Shown: positions 9,235-17,739 of the stretch, one piece after another
How the letters are laid out: each line of letters opens with the position of its first letter
How positions within the stretch are numbered: the stretch's first letter is position 1
Assembly: GCA_002840305.1 (NCBI GenBank)
Contig: PHAI01000003.1
Span: 70,908 to 134,907 of the forward strand
Direction of reading: 5' to 3'
Origin: Candidatus Falkowbacteria bacterium HGW-Falkowbacteria-1
GTDB taxonomy: Bacteria > Patescibacteriota > Patescibacteriia > Patescibacteriales > UBA12465
Length of the DNA stretch: 64,000 nucleotides
Notes under the pieces: model-generated
What the model was told of the DNA's origin: nothing
The model's input: the letters and a program-made list of their open reading frames with translations, nothing else
Databases searched by the model: none
Made by a program: the position numbers and the translations under genes

Positions 9235-9807
9235 TTAAGAATTATAAACTTTTTTAATTACTAAAATATTCTTCTCAACAACATCTTTTCCTTTATCAAA
9301 AAATTTTTCTTCAATTGCTGAAATAGCAGAATCGATTTTTAAAAGCCCAGGAAATTTGGCCAAAGCGCCCAGCATTGCAGTATTAACTATATTTTTTCCA
9401 AAAACTTCTAACGCTATTTTTGTAGCGTCAACTGTTAAAATATTTTCTTTTTTAAAATTAACTGGCAATTGTTTTAGTTTTTCTATTTTCAAAAATATGT
9501 TTTCAACTGATTCCTTAGAATTAAAAAAAATCTTACTACTTTCTTTCAAACCAAAAAAAACGTCTGCCTTTCCTATTAGGCTGTCATCTTGAATAATTAA
9601 TATATCAGGACTATAAACATGTTCTCTGGTTAAAATTTTCTCTTCGGAGACCCTTACAAAAGATTGAATAGGGGCCCCGCTTCTTTCTACTCCAAAATGA
9701 GGAAAAGCTTGAGATTCTTTTCCATCTTTAAAAAAGGCTATAGCCAAAATTTCAGAAGCAACCACGACTCCTTGCCCGCCCCTCCCATGAATTCTTATTT
9801 CTATCAT
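9235..9807 (-). CDS. porG: Pyruvate:ferredoxin oxidoreductase gamma subunit
   Basis: 190 aa. N-terminus IRIHGRGGQGVVVASEILA..A....G...QAFP.FG.ERSGAP is typical of POR/KOR gamma subunits. Confidence 0.88.
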   Translation of the reverse strand: MIEIRIHGRGGQGVVVASEILAIAFFKDGKESQAFPHFGVERSGAPIQSFVRVSEEKILTREHVYSPDILIIQDDSLIGKADVFFGLKESSKIFFNSKESVENIFLKIEKLKQLPVNFKKENILTVDATKIALEVFGKNIVNTAMLGALAKFPGLLKIDSAISAIEEKFFDKGKDVVEKNILVIKKVYNS

Positions 9808-9862
9808 ATTTTTTTATATTAATATTTCTATTCTTTGTTGCCTCAACTGACTAAACTTTATT

Positions 9863-9913
9863 CTCCTTTGTCATCTCGACTGAGCCATCCTGCGGATGGC
9901 GAATGGAGAGATC
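9863..9913 (+). repeat. Solo family-A palindromic repeat
   Basis: ctcctttgtcatctcgactgagccatcctgcggatggcgaatggagagatc is near-identical to the copies at 4976-5081. It lies intergenic between porG and the DsbA-like gene. Confidence 0.85.
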
Positions 9914-9921
9914 CACCAATC

Positions 9922-10695
9922 CTACTCAACCAAAAATTTATCTAAAAATTTGGAAAAAAATTCAAAAGAAACAAATCCTTCTTGAACCTTTTCGCCATTG
10001 ATAAACCAGGCGGGCGTTCCTTTTATCTCCAAAAATTGACCATCGGCTATGGATTGAATAACATAATTATAGTATTTATCACTATTTAAACAATCAGAAA
10101 ATGATTTTAAATCTGAAATCCCGGCCAAGCGAGCAACAGACGCTAAGTCATCAAGCGTAAACTGCCCTTGAAGTTCAAATAATTTATAATACATTGGCCA
10201 ATACTTATTTTGATCATTAGCGCACAAAGCTGCCGTGGCCAATGTTACTGATTCGTCACTGACAACCGCAAATTCCCTAGAAACTATCCTTATGTCTTTC
10301 CCGTATTTAACAGACAAAGAGGCAATAACATCAGACGCCTGCTTACAATAACGACAAGCAAAATCAGAAAAAATAACGATAGTAATTTCAGCATCAGGGT
10401 TGCCAATCTGAGGACTATTTTCTCCTTCAACTATTTTTAGCTTCATTGCGACAATTTCAGGGTCCTCTATTTGCTTATTCGTGCTAGAGGGTTGGTTCAA
10501 AAACAAATATTGTTCTCTAAAAGTAGGAGAAAAAATGATTTGAAAAATAAAAAAAACAAAAGCCACAGAAAAAATAGCTAAAAAATAAAGAACGGCAACA
10601 AGCAACATTCCCCACCATTTTTTATACCAATGACTTTCTCTTTTTCTTGTTTGGCCTTTTTCTCTTAAATATTCAATTCTCTCATCAAGATTCAT
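9922..10695 (-). CDS. Membrane-anchored DsbA-like thiol:disulfide oxidoreductase
   Basis: 257 aa. N-terminal TM WWGMLLVAVLYFLAIFSVAFVFFIF. Thioredoxin-fold CxxC site FSDFACRYCKQ. Confidence 0.8.
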   Translation of the reverse strand: MNLDERIEYLREKGQTRKRESHWYKKWWGMLLVAVLYFLAIFSVAFVFFIFQIIFSPTFREQYLFLNQPSSTNKQIEDPEIVAMKLKIVEGENSPQIGNPDAEITIVIFSDFACRYCKQASDVIASLSVKYGKDIRIVSREFAVVSDESVTLATAALCANDQNKYWPMYYKLFELQGQFTLDDLASVARLAGISDLKSFSDCLNSDKYYNYVIQSIADGQFLEIKGTPAWFINGEKVQEGFVSFEFFSKFLDKFLVE

Positions 10696-10787
10696 TGATT
10701 ATTTATTAAATGTATTGTAATATAATAATATAATATCACAAAAAAAATTGGATGTAAATTGAAAACGCCTTTTTTTAAAATACTTTT

Positions 10788-11555
10788 ATGAAAATAATCT
10801 CCTGGAATGTAAACGGGCTAAGAGCAATAGCGAAAAAAGGGTTTGTTGATTTTTTAAATCAAGAAAAACCGGACATCATTGCCTTGCAAGAAATAAAAAT
10901 ATCAGAGAACAAAAGAAATTTGGAAAGGTTTGACTTTGCCGATTATGAAGAATTTTGGAATTCGGCAGAAAGACCAGGCTATAGTGGAACTCTTATTTTA
11001 TATAAAAAAAATCTAAAAATTTTAGACAAAAAAATTGGCTTAAAAATTAAAAAATTTGACATTGAAGGAAGACTGCAAGCAATTGAGCTAGATAAATTTT
11101 ATTTTATAAATACTTATTTTCCAAATTCAAACAATATATTAAGCCGACTACCATACAAGCTAGAATTTAACGAAGAAGTCTTAAAATATTTAAAAAAACT
11201 GGAAAAAAAGAAGCCAATTATTATCACCGGAGACTTTAATGTAGCACATCAAGAAATAGACCTAGCTCGACCAAAGGCTAATGATGGCAGCGCTGGGTTT
11301 ACAAAAGAAGAAAGAGACTGGATGACAAAATTTTTAAACAATAACTACATTGACACCTTTAGATATCTCAATCCTAAAAAAATACAGTATTCTTGGTGGA
11401 GTTTTAGGGCTGGAGCCAGAAACAGAAATGTTGGTTGGAGAATAGATTATTTCTGTACTTCAAAAAAAATTATTAACAATATAAAAAAATCTTACATTTT
11501 AGATAAGGTTCTAGGGTCTGACCACGCACCAATCGGATTGGAAACAAAAATTTAA
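10788..11555 (+). CDS. xth: Exodeoxyribonuclease III (AP endonuclease)
   Basis: 255 aa. MKIISWNVNGLRA, LQEIK, GDFNVAH and SDHAP motifs of the ExoIII/Ape1 family. Confidence 0.93.
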   Translation: MKIISWNVNGLRAIAKKGFVDFLNQEKPDIIALQEIKISENKRNLERFDFADYEEFWNSAERPGYSGTLILYKKNLKILDKKIGLKIKKFDIEGRLQAIELDKFYFINTYFPNSNNILSRLPYKLEFNEEVLKYLKKLEKKKPIIITGDFNVAHQEIDLARPKANDGSAGFTKEERDWMTKFLNNNYIDTFRYLNPKKIQYSWWSFRAGARNRNVGWRIDYFCTSKKIINNIKKSYILDKVLGSDHAPIGLETKI

Positions 11556-11721
11556 TAAACATAATTATTTATTGTAAGCTTTTTCAAAATATTAATTTGC
11601 GACCATTAATTAATTACAAAAAATAAATTACAATTAAATAACTTTTATAATATTTTTCAAAACTTTCAACAAATAATTGCTGATGAAAAAATTAATAAAT
11701 AAAATATTAATATAAATAAAT

Positions 11722-12885
11722 ATGGCCAATAAAAAATCCCAAGAATCCCAAGGATCCCAAATTTTAGAGGGTTCTCATGCTATAGCGTTAACCATCAAAA
11801 ATATAAACCCTGATGTTGTCTCTGCTTATCCAATAACGCCACAGACACACATCGTTGAAGACTTAGCTAAAATAAAAGCCAACGGAGAAGCAGACTATGA
11901 ATATGTCAGAGCCGAAAGTGAATTTGCCGCCGCCTCAATCGTTCTCGGAGCTTCAGCTGCTGGATCTAGGGTTTATAGTGCCACCAGTTCTCAGGGCTTA
12001 TTACTTATGACTGAAGTTATTTATAACATTTCTGGATTACGCCTTCCGATTGTAATGACTTTAGCCAACAGAGCCATATCAGCTCCAATAAATATTTGGA
12101 ACGACCAACAAGACGCGATGGCCATAAAAGATGCTGGTTGGATTATGTTCTTTGCTGAAAATAATCAAGAAGCAATTGAACAACACGTATTAGCCTACAA
12201 AATAGCAGAAAAAATGATGATTCCAGTTTTCGTAAACGTTGATGGTTTTATTTTAACTCATTGTTATGAACCAATAAAAATACCCCAAAAAAAAGAAATA
12301 GATAAGTTTTTGCCAAAATACAAAGCTAAAAAAGGTGAATTTCTAGATCCCACAAACCCGGTTACCATAGGAGCTTTTATGACTCCGGCTCATTATCAAC
12401 AAAGCAGAGAGGACTTACACATTGACTTCACCAAATCAATAAAAGAAATAGACAAAGAATATTTTTTATTACAGAATATTTTAAATAATAAAATAAAGAA
12501 TAAAAAAACAAACAATGGATTGTTTGAATACTCTGGGCCGGTAAAACCAAAGACAATTATAGTAGCTATGGGCTCCGTTATTGGCACGATTAAGTCAGCT
12601 CTAAAAAATAACAAACAAGTTGGAATCTTAAAAATCAAAACCTATCGTCCTTTCCCGCACCAAGAAATATATGATATAATGAAAGAAGCCAAAAATATCA
12701 TTGTTTTAGAAAAAGCCTTGAGTTTCGGAACGCTTGGACCTTTATATTCAGATTTGTCTATTTTCAATAAAAAACAAAAGATTAAAAATTTTATTGCTGG
12801 TTTGGGCGGAAAGGATATAAAAGAAAAAGATATTATAAAGATCACACAAAAATTTGATAATTACGATAAGTTAAGTTTCATATAA
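11722..12885 (+). CDS. porA: Pyruvate:ferredoxin oxidoreductase alpha subunit
   Basis: 387 aa. G..A.A......P.VV.AYPITPQT.IVE pattern and overall POR-alpha layout. The N-terminal KKSQESQGSQ is encoded by a short tandem GGGATNCTTG-type repeat. Confidence 0.9.
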   Translation: MANKKSQESQGSQILEGSHAIALTIKNINPDVVSAYPITPQTHIVEDLAKIKANGEADYEYVRAESEFAAASIVLGASAAGSRVYSATSSQGLLLMTEVIYNISGLRLPIVMTLANRAISAPINIWNDQQDAMAIKDAGWIMFFAENNQEAIEQHVLAYKIAEKMMIPVFVNVDGFILTHCYEPIKIPQKKEIDKFLPKYKAKKGEFLDPTNPVTIGAFMTPAHYQQSREDLHIDFTKSIKEIDKEYFLLQNILNNKIKNKKTNNGLFEYSGPVKPKTIIVAMGSVIGTIKSALKNNKQVGILKIKTYRPFPHQEIYDIMKEAKNIIVLEKALSFGTLGPLYSDLSIFNKKQKIKNFIAGLGGKDIKEKDIIKITQKFDNYDKLSFI

Positions 12886-12914
12886 ATAAAGATAATAAAA
12901 ATTAAAACAAAAAT

Positions 12915-13052
12915 ATGTTAAAAGCTATAAAAAGGGCAGCAAAAAGATTACACGAACATAAGGTTACTGGTTGGCCATATTTTTTTATAATGACATTTTT
13001 AATAATTTTTATGATGCAACTAATTATGTTAATTATTTTACTTAAACAATAA
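12915..13052 (+). CDS. Small hydrophobic protein (45 aa), hypothetical
   Basis: Manual ORF below the track cutoff: MLKAIKRAAKRLHEHKVTGWPYFFIMTFLIIFMMQLIMLIILLKQ. One TM segment. Ends 4 nt before the next gene. Confidence 0.35.
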   Translation: MLKAIKRAAKRLHEHKVTGWPYFFIMTFLIIFMMQLIMLIILLKQ

Positions 13053-13056
13053 ACTT

Positions 13057-14250
13057 ATGCAAAACAAAAAGTCTATTTTAAAAATATTTTTAACTCTTTT
13101 TATTTTTAGTTTTTTAGTTATTCCTTTCTTGGTATTTGCTCAATCCTCTTCTAACCCAGTAGAGTTTACACCTCAGGTTACAATCCCTGGTTCCTCTTTT
13201 ATAAAAGGAACTACTTACACGATAAAAGAGAGCACGAGCAGCATAGCCGAATATGTTAAAGCTATTTATAACTACCTTTTATCCATAGTTGGAATAACCG
13301 CAGCTATAGTCTTGATGGTTGGCGGTGTAATTTGGCTCACCTCTGGCGGTAGCAGCGAAAAAGTAACTCAAGCCAAAAGCTGGATAGGAGGAAGTCTAAC
13401 CGGTTTAACACTAGCCCTTCTTTCTTATATAATTTTGCAAACTATTAATCCTCAATTAGTTAGCTTTACGCCGACAGATATTCCAAAAATAAGACCAATC
13501 AAAACTGGCTGTTGCCAATATCAAACGTTGGGTGCAACGAGATCGACAGCAGAGCAGACTACTGACGTTGAATGCTACAGAATACATCTAGAAAAAGCTG
13601 ACCCAAAAATAGCAAGTATAACCAATGAGGAATTAAACAAATCACCATATAATGGAGAACTTTCTATCTACTTAGGCGACGATCGTTTTAACGCCAAAAA
13701 AAGAGCTAATTATGCTGACGGGATATGCGAAGAAACTGGATACTGCGAAATCTATGATGATGACTTTGCAAATCTAAATATTAGTGAAAGACGAGATAGC
13801 ACGGTAGTAACTCAAATGTCGCTAAGACAATGCGGGGCATTAAATAACAAGCCAAACGAAGCTTCTTGGGCAACAGGAAAAATTATAGCCAGATTCTATA
13901 GCGAAGAACAGTTCAAGCAGGAAAATATGGCAATATATAGGACTGCCTTCCAAAAAACATGCGAGAACAGAGAGGGTGGTTCTTGTAATAATTCCGGATC
14001 ATTATATTGTTATTGTTACGGAGGAGTAGCTTATGTTAACGAGGGATTAAAGAACGAACCTTGCGGAAATGATGGCGGTAAATGCATACCAGACCTAGAT
14101 ATTCCGGGAACAAACCTACCTAGTGACGAAGATGAATTTTGCGAAAACCAAGACATGGGATCGAGGGGTTGTTCTGATAGCCCAAAAAGTTTAATTTGTT
14201 GTGAACCAGGCGGAGTATGGGGTGGTTACAACCCAGGATTAACTTACTAG
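13057..14250 (+). CDS. T4SS-pilin-like (TrbC/VirB2-type) membrane protein with a Cys-rich C-terminal extension
   Basis: 397 aa. Signal peptide, then IAEYVKAIYNYLLSIVGITAAIVLMVGGVIWLTSGGSSEKVTQAKSWIGGSLTGLTLALLSYIIL. This two-TM pilin pattern is common in CPR genomes. The C-terminal half has many Cys (GCCQYQ, CYCYGG, CCEPGG). Confidence 0.5.
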   Translation: MQNKKSILKIFLTLFIFSFLVIPFLVFAQSSSNPVEFTPQVTIPGSSFIKGTTYTIKESTSSIAEYVKAIYNYLLSIVGITAAIVLMVGGVIWLTSGGSSEKVTQAKSWIGGSLTGLTLALLSYIILQTINPQLVSFTPTDIPKIRPIKTGCCQYQTLGATRSTAEQTTDVECYRIHLEKADPKIASITNEELNKSPYNGELSIYLGDDRFNAKKRANYADGICEETGYCEIYDDDFANLNISERRDSTVVTQMSLRQCGALNNKPNEASWATGKIIARFYSEEQFKQENMAIYRTAFQKTCENREGGSCNNSGSLYCYCYGGVAYVNEGLKNEPCGNDGGKCIPDLDIPGTNLPSDEDEFCENQDMGSRGCSDSPKSLICCEPGGVWGGYNPGLTY

Positions 14251-14258
14251 AAAAATAT

Positions 14259-15104
14259 ATGACTAAAGAAATAAAAAAAATATCATCCGGCCATAATGCT
14301 TGTGCAGGTTGCGGACAACTATCAGCAGTACAATCAGTTATGAGAGCGCTGGACAAAAATACTATTATCGCTAATGCTACTGGTTGTTTAGAAGTGACAA
14401 CTACCGCCTATCCCCAAAGCGCCTGGGGTCTTCCTTGGATTCATTCTCTTTTTGAAAATCCAGCCGCAGTAGCGACTGGAATATCGGCCGCTCTCAAAAA
14501 AAGGGGCGAAAAAAAAACCAAGGTTGTTGTAATGGCAGGAGACGGAGGAACCTTTGATATTGGTATGGGAATAATTAGTGGTATGTGGGAAAGAAAAGAA
14601 GATATTTTATACATTTGCTACGACACTGAATCATATTCAAATACCGGTTTTCAAGCTTCCGGAGCAACGCCTTATGGAGCCTCAACTAGTACATCACCGA
14701 AAGGAGACAAAAATAAATGTCAAAAAATAAAAACCTGCGACTCGGTAAATGAAATTGGAAACGAATATCAAAAAAAGGACATGATAAAAATAGCCTTAGC
14801 TCACGATGTTCCTTATGTAGCACAAAGCACCGCCGGCTATCCCAACGACATATTCAATAAAGTAAAAAAGGCCCTTACAATGAAAGGCCCTGGATATATA
14901 CAAATACTTTCTCCTTGCATCCCGGGGTGGAAAATAAAAACCAATGAAACAGTAGAACTAGGAAAACTAGCTAATTTAAGTAATTTTTATCCCTTGCTTG
15001 AATACGTAAACGGACAACTAATTTCCGGAGGATTAAATTCTGAAAAAGATGCTAAAAAATTCAAACAAGAATATTTAGGTAAACAAGGAAGATTCAAAGA
15101 TTAA
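14259..15104 (+). CDS. porB: Pyruvate:ferredoxin oxidoreductase beta subunit (TPP-binding)
   Basis: The track ORF starts at 14217 and overlaps the upstream gene. MTKEIKKISSGHNACAGCG begins at 14259, 8 nt after the upstream stop. GDGGTFDIG TPP motif. Confidence 0.9.
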   Translation: MTKEIKKISSGHNACAGCGQLSAVQSVMRALDKNTIIANATGCLEVTTTAYPQSAWGLPWIHSLFENPAAVATGISAALKKRGEKKTKVVVMAGDGGTFDIGMGIISGMWERKEDILYICYDTESYSNTGFQASGATPYGASTSTSPKGDKNKCQKIKTCDSVNEIGNEYQKKDMIKIALAHDVPYVAQSTAGYPNDIFNKVKKALTMKGPGYIQILSPCIPGWKIKTNETVELGKLANLSNFYPLLEYVNGQLISGGLNSEKDAKKFKQEYLGKQGRFKD

Positions 15105-15143
15105 GATTCTTGTGATTATTGGAATACTTAAGACATTTGGGAT

Positions 15144-15178
15144 AAAAAAAGAAACGCATAATTTGTGTTTCTTTTTTT
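15144..15178. terminator. Bidirectional intrinsic terminator between convergent porB and rnhA
   Basis: 8-bp stem AGAAACGC / GTGTTTCT with an A-run upstream and a T-run downstream. Confidence 0.6.
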
Positions 15179-15250
15179 GAAAATTTTAAAACCCCAAAGA
15201 TTCCAAAAATCTTAAGCATAAGATTGCCCAGGTTTCAACCAAAACATCAA

Positions 15251-15667
15251 TTACGCCCTTCTGTCCATCGCCAAATTGGCCAGACGATCAGCCTCTACAT
15301 TTTTCTCTCTTGGAATATGGACAAATTTTATCTCTTTAAATTTTTGGGACAAATTGTAAACCTCTAAAAAAAGAGGTGCTAAATCTTTGTTTTTTACTTT
15401 GTACTCTCTGTTTAATTGTTTGACAACCAATTCACTATCCAAAAAAGCCTCTATCCTTTCAGCCCCTAGTGCGTTTGCTTTTTCCAAGGCAAAAATTAAG
15501 GCTTTATATTCAGCCTGATTATTGGTAGCAACTCCCAAATATTTTGAAACTTCGGCAACTTTTTCTTTTTTTTCATTATATAAAACCGCACCAACTCCGG
15601 CTGGACCAGGATTCCCTCGAGCACCGCCATCAGAAAAAATTGTTATATTTTTGTTTGTCGAAGACAT
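15251..15667 (-). CDS. rnhA: Ribonuclease HI
   Basis: DGG.RGNPGPAG.G, NN.AEY.AL and EN..AD.LA motifs. The start is moved to MSSTNK (15667), which leaves a 4-nt gap after the recJ stop. Confidence 0.88.
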   Translation of the reverse strand: MSSTNKNITIFSDGGARGNPGPAGVGAVLYNEKKEKVAEVSKYLGVATNNQAEYKALIFALEKANALGAERIEAFLDSELVVKQLNREYKVKNKDLAPLFLEVYNLSQKFKEIKFVHIPREKNVEADRLANLAMDRRA

Positions 15668-15671
15668 ATTC

Positions 15672-17426
15672 TTATTTCTTGATATCAATAATCTTAAATT
15701 GTATATCATGATTACCATTAAAATTATTAAACTCAAGAGTATAAACCACGCTTACTCTGTCACCAACATTTAATTCGGAATATTTATTAGCTCCACCAAA
15801 AGAAATTCCCCAAAAATTTTTCATACTGCTTTTTGTATCATCTAAAAATCTAAACTTTATATGCTGATTTTCGCTACCCATATTAACAATATCAATTATT
15901 TTTACATCAAAAGAGGCCATTTTTGGAGCCGGGTTCGCTTGCCCAAAAGGTGCCATTTGTTCCAAACCTTCAACCAATAAATCGTTTATATCTTCAAAAT
16001 CAAGCTCTAAATCTATTTTTATTTTAGGAGTAAGGGTCTTCTCGTCTAAAATCTTCTCAGCTCTTTCTTTTATTTTATCCATAAATAAAAAAGCGTTACG
16101 ATCTCCAATAATAGAAAAACCACCAGCCATAGGATGTCCCCCATATTTATACAAAATATCTTTATTTTCTTCCAAGCCCTCAACCAAGTTAAATCCTTCT
16201 ATGCTACGGCCGCTACCTTTATACATATCCTTTTCAGATCCATTGTCGTCAATAAATTTTTCACTTGTTTTCATAATAACCAAAACTGGTCGGTAATACT
16301 TTTCTGAAAGCTTGCCGGCCACTAGACCGATAACTCCTTCATTCCAGGCATCTTCTTTGGAATTTTTAACAATAATAATTTTTGACAAATTTTCTGGATC
16401 TATTTGACTCTCAGCCGATGACATAAGCTCTTCGGTTATTTTCTGCCTTTCCATGTTCTTATTATTTAAATCTTCAGCCAACATTTTTGCCTCATCTATA
16501 TCTTTACTAATTAAAAGATTTAAAGCCGAATTGGCATGTTTTATTCTGCTAGCCGCATTTAATCTCGGACCAAGTTGAAAGCCAATATTAAAAGAAGTTA
16601 ATTCCCCGCTTAGACCAGCAACCTTTATGAGTTCGCGTAATCCCAGTCTCTCCGTTTCGCTCAAAACCTCTAATCCTTTTTTTACAATCAACCTGTTTTC
16701 GCCCAGAAGAGAAACCATATCGGCTACTGTTCCCAGGGCGACTAAATCAAGATTTCTTAAAATTAATCTTTTCTTATCTTCCTCTTCCAATTTTGATTTT
16801 TTAATCAAAGCTTCTGCCAATTTAAAAGCAACGCCAACTCCAGCTAAATATTTAAATGGGTAAGATGATTCGGTATCGGCTGGATTTATAATTAAACAAT
16901 CGGGTAATTCTTCTCTCGTTTCTGGCAAAGCATGGTGATCAGTGATTATGACATCCAAGCCCAAACTTTTAGCATAGGCAACTTCTTCTTTGTTTCTAAT
17001 ACCATTATCAACTGTGATTATAAGTTCAAAACCATTTTTCTTTATTTCATCAATGGCCGGTTTATTCAAGCCATATCCTTCGCTGACTCTATCGGGCAAA
17101 TAAAAATCTACCTTTGATCTAAAAATAGAGAAAACATCATAAAGCAAAGCAGAAGAAGTAACCCCGTCAGCATCATAATCACCATAAATCATTATTTTGC
17201 TACCTTTTTTAATATGCAAAATAACCAAGTCTACGGCTTTTTCCATGTCGTTAAACAAAAAAGGATCGAAGAAATCAAGTTTGTCTAAATCAAAAAACCA
17301 ACGAAAATCATCGTTGTTTTTTAAGCCACGATTATAAAGAAGCTGTAAAATAAATTGATTTTTATCTAAGTTCTCACTCAAAATCTTATCCGTAATTTTC
17401 GGATAAAATTGCCAAATTTTTTCCAT
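15672..17426 (-). CDS. recJ: Single-stranded-DNA-specific exonuclease RecJ
   Basis: 584 aa. DHH motifs (IYGDYDADGVTS, ITVDNG, VIITDHH) and DHHA1 GGH..AGG. Confidence 0.93.
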   Translation of the reverse strand: MEKIWQFYPKITDKILSENLDKNQFILQLLYNRGLKNNDDFRWFFDLDKLDFFDPFLFNDMEKAVDLVILHIKKGSKIMIYGDYDADGVTSSALLYDVFSIFRSKVDFYLPDRVSEGYGLNKPAIDEIKKNGFELIITVDNGIRNKEEVAYAKSLGLDVIITDHHALPETREELPDCLIINPADTESSYPFKYLAGVGVAFKLAEALIKKSKLEEEDKKRLILRNLDLVALGTVADMVSLLGENRLIVKKGLEVLSETERLGLRELIKVAGLSGELTSFNIGFQLGPRLNAASRIKHANSALNLLISKDIDEAKMLAEDLNNKNMERQKITEELMSSAESQIDPENLSKIIIVKNSKEDAWNEGVIGLVAGKLSEKYYRPVLVIMKTSEKFIDDNGSEKDMYKGSGRSIEGFNLVEGLEENKDILYKYGGHPMAGGFSIIGDRNAFLFMDKIKERAEKILDEKTLTPKIKIDLELDFEDINDLLVEGLEQMAPFGQANPAPKMASFDVKIIDIVNMGSENQHIKFRFLDDTKSSMKNFWGISFGGANKYSELNVGDRVSVVYTLEFNNFNGNHDIQFKIIDIKK

Positions 17427-17568
17427 GATTATTTAATTTATTATTAAAATATTACTATTAAAAAATATTCTTTCAACCATAAACAACAATTTAGCCTAAC
17501 AAAAAATGCTAAAAGTAATAAGCACGACAAGAAATTTAATAATAAAATTTAACAACAAAATATGCAAA

Positions 17569-17676
17569 CTAGAACAAAGAAAAAGCCAATGTCCAGGCAA
17601 CCATAGAAAATATAATCATTATGCAAAAAATTGACCAAATTATTTTTACAATTTTCTTTTTTGTTTTTTTTCTCAT
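17569..17676 (-). CDS. Possible 35-aa membrane peptide
   Basis: Manual ORF MRKKTKKKIVKIIWSIFCIMIIFSMVAWTLAFSLF in the 313-nt lepA-recJ spacer, with AGGGA 11 nt upstream. Weak evidence only. Confidence 0.2.
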   Translation of the reverse strand: MRKKTKKKIVKIIWSIFCIMIIFSMVAWTLAFSLF

Positions 17677-17739
17677 ATTGTCTCTATCCCTGCTACTCCT
17701 CAAAAAAATTAGGGGTTGTATTCCAGAGATTTATAAACT

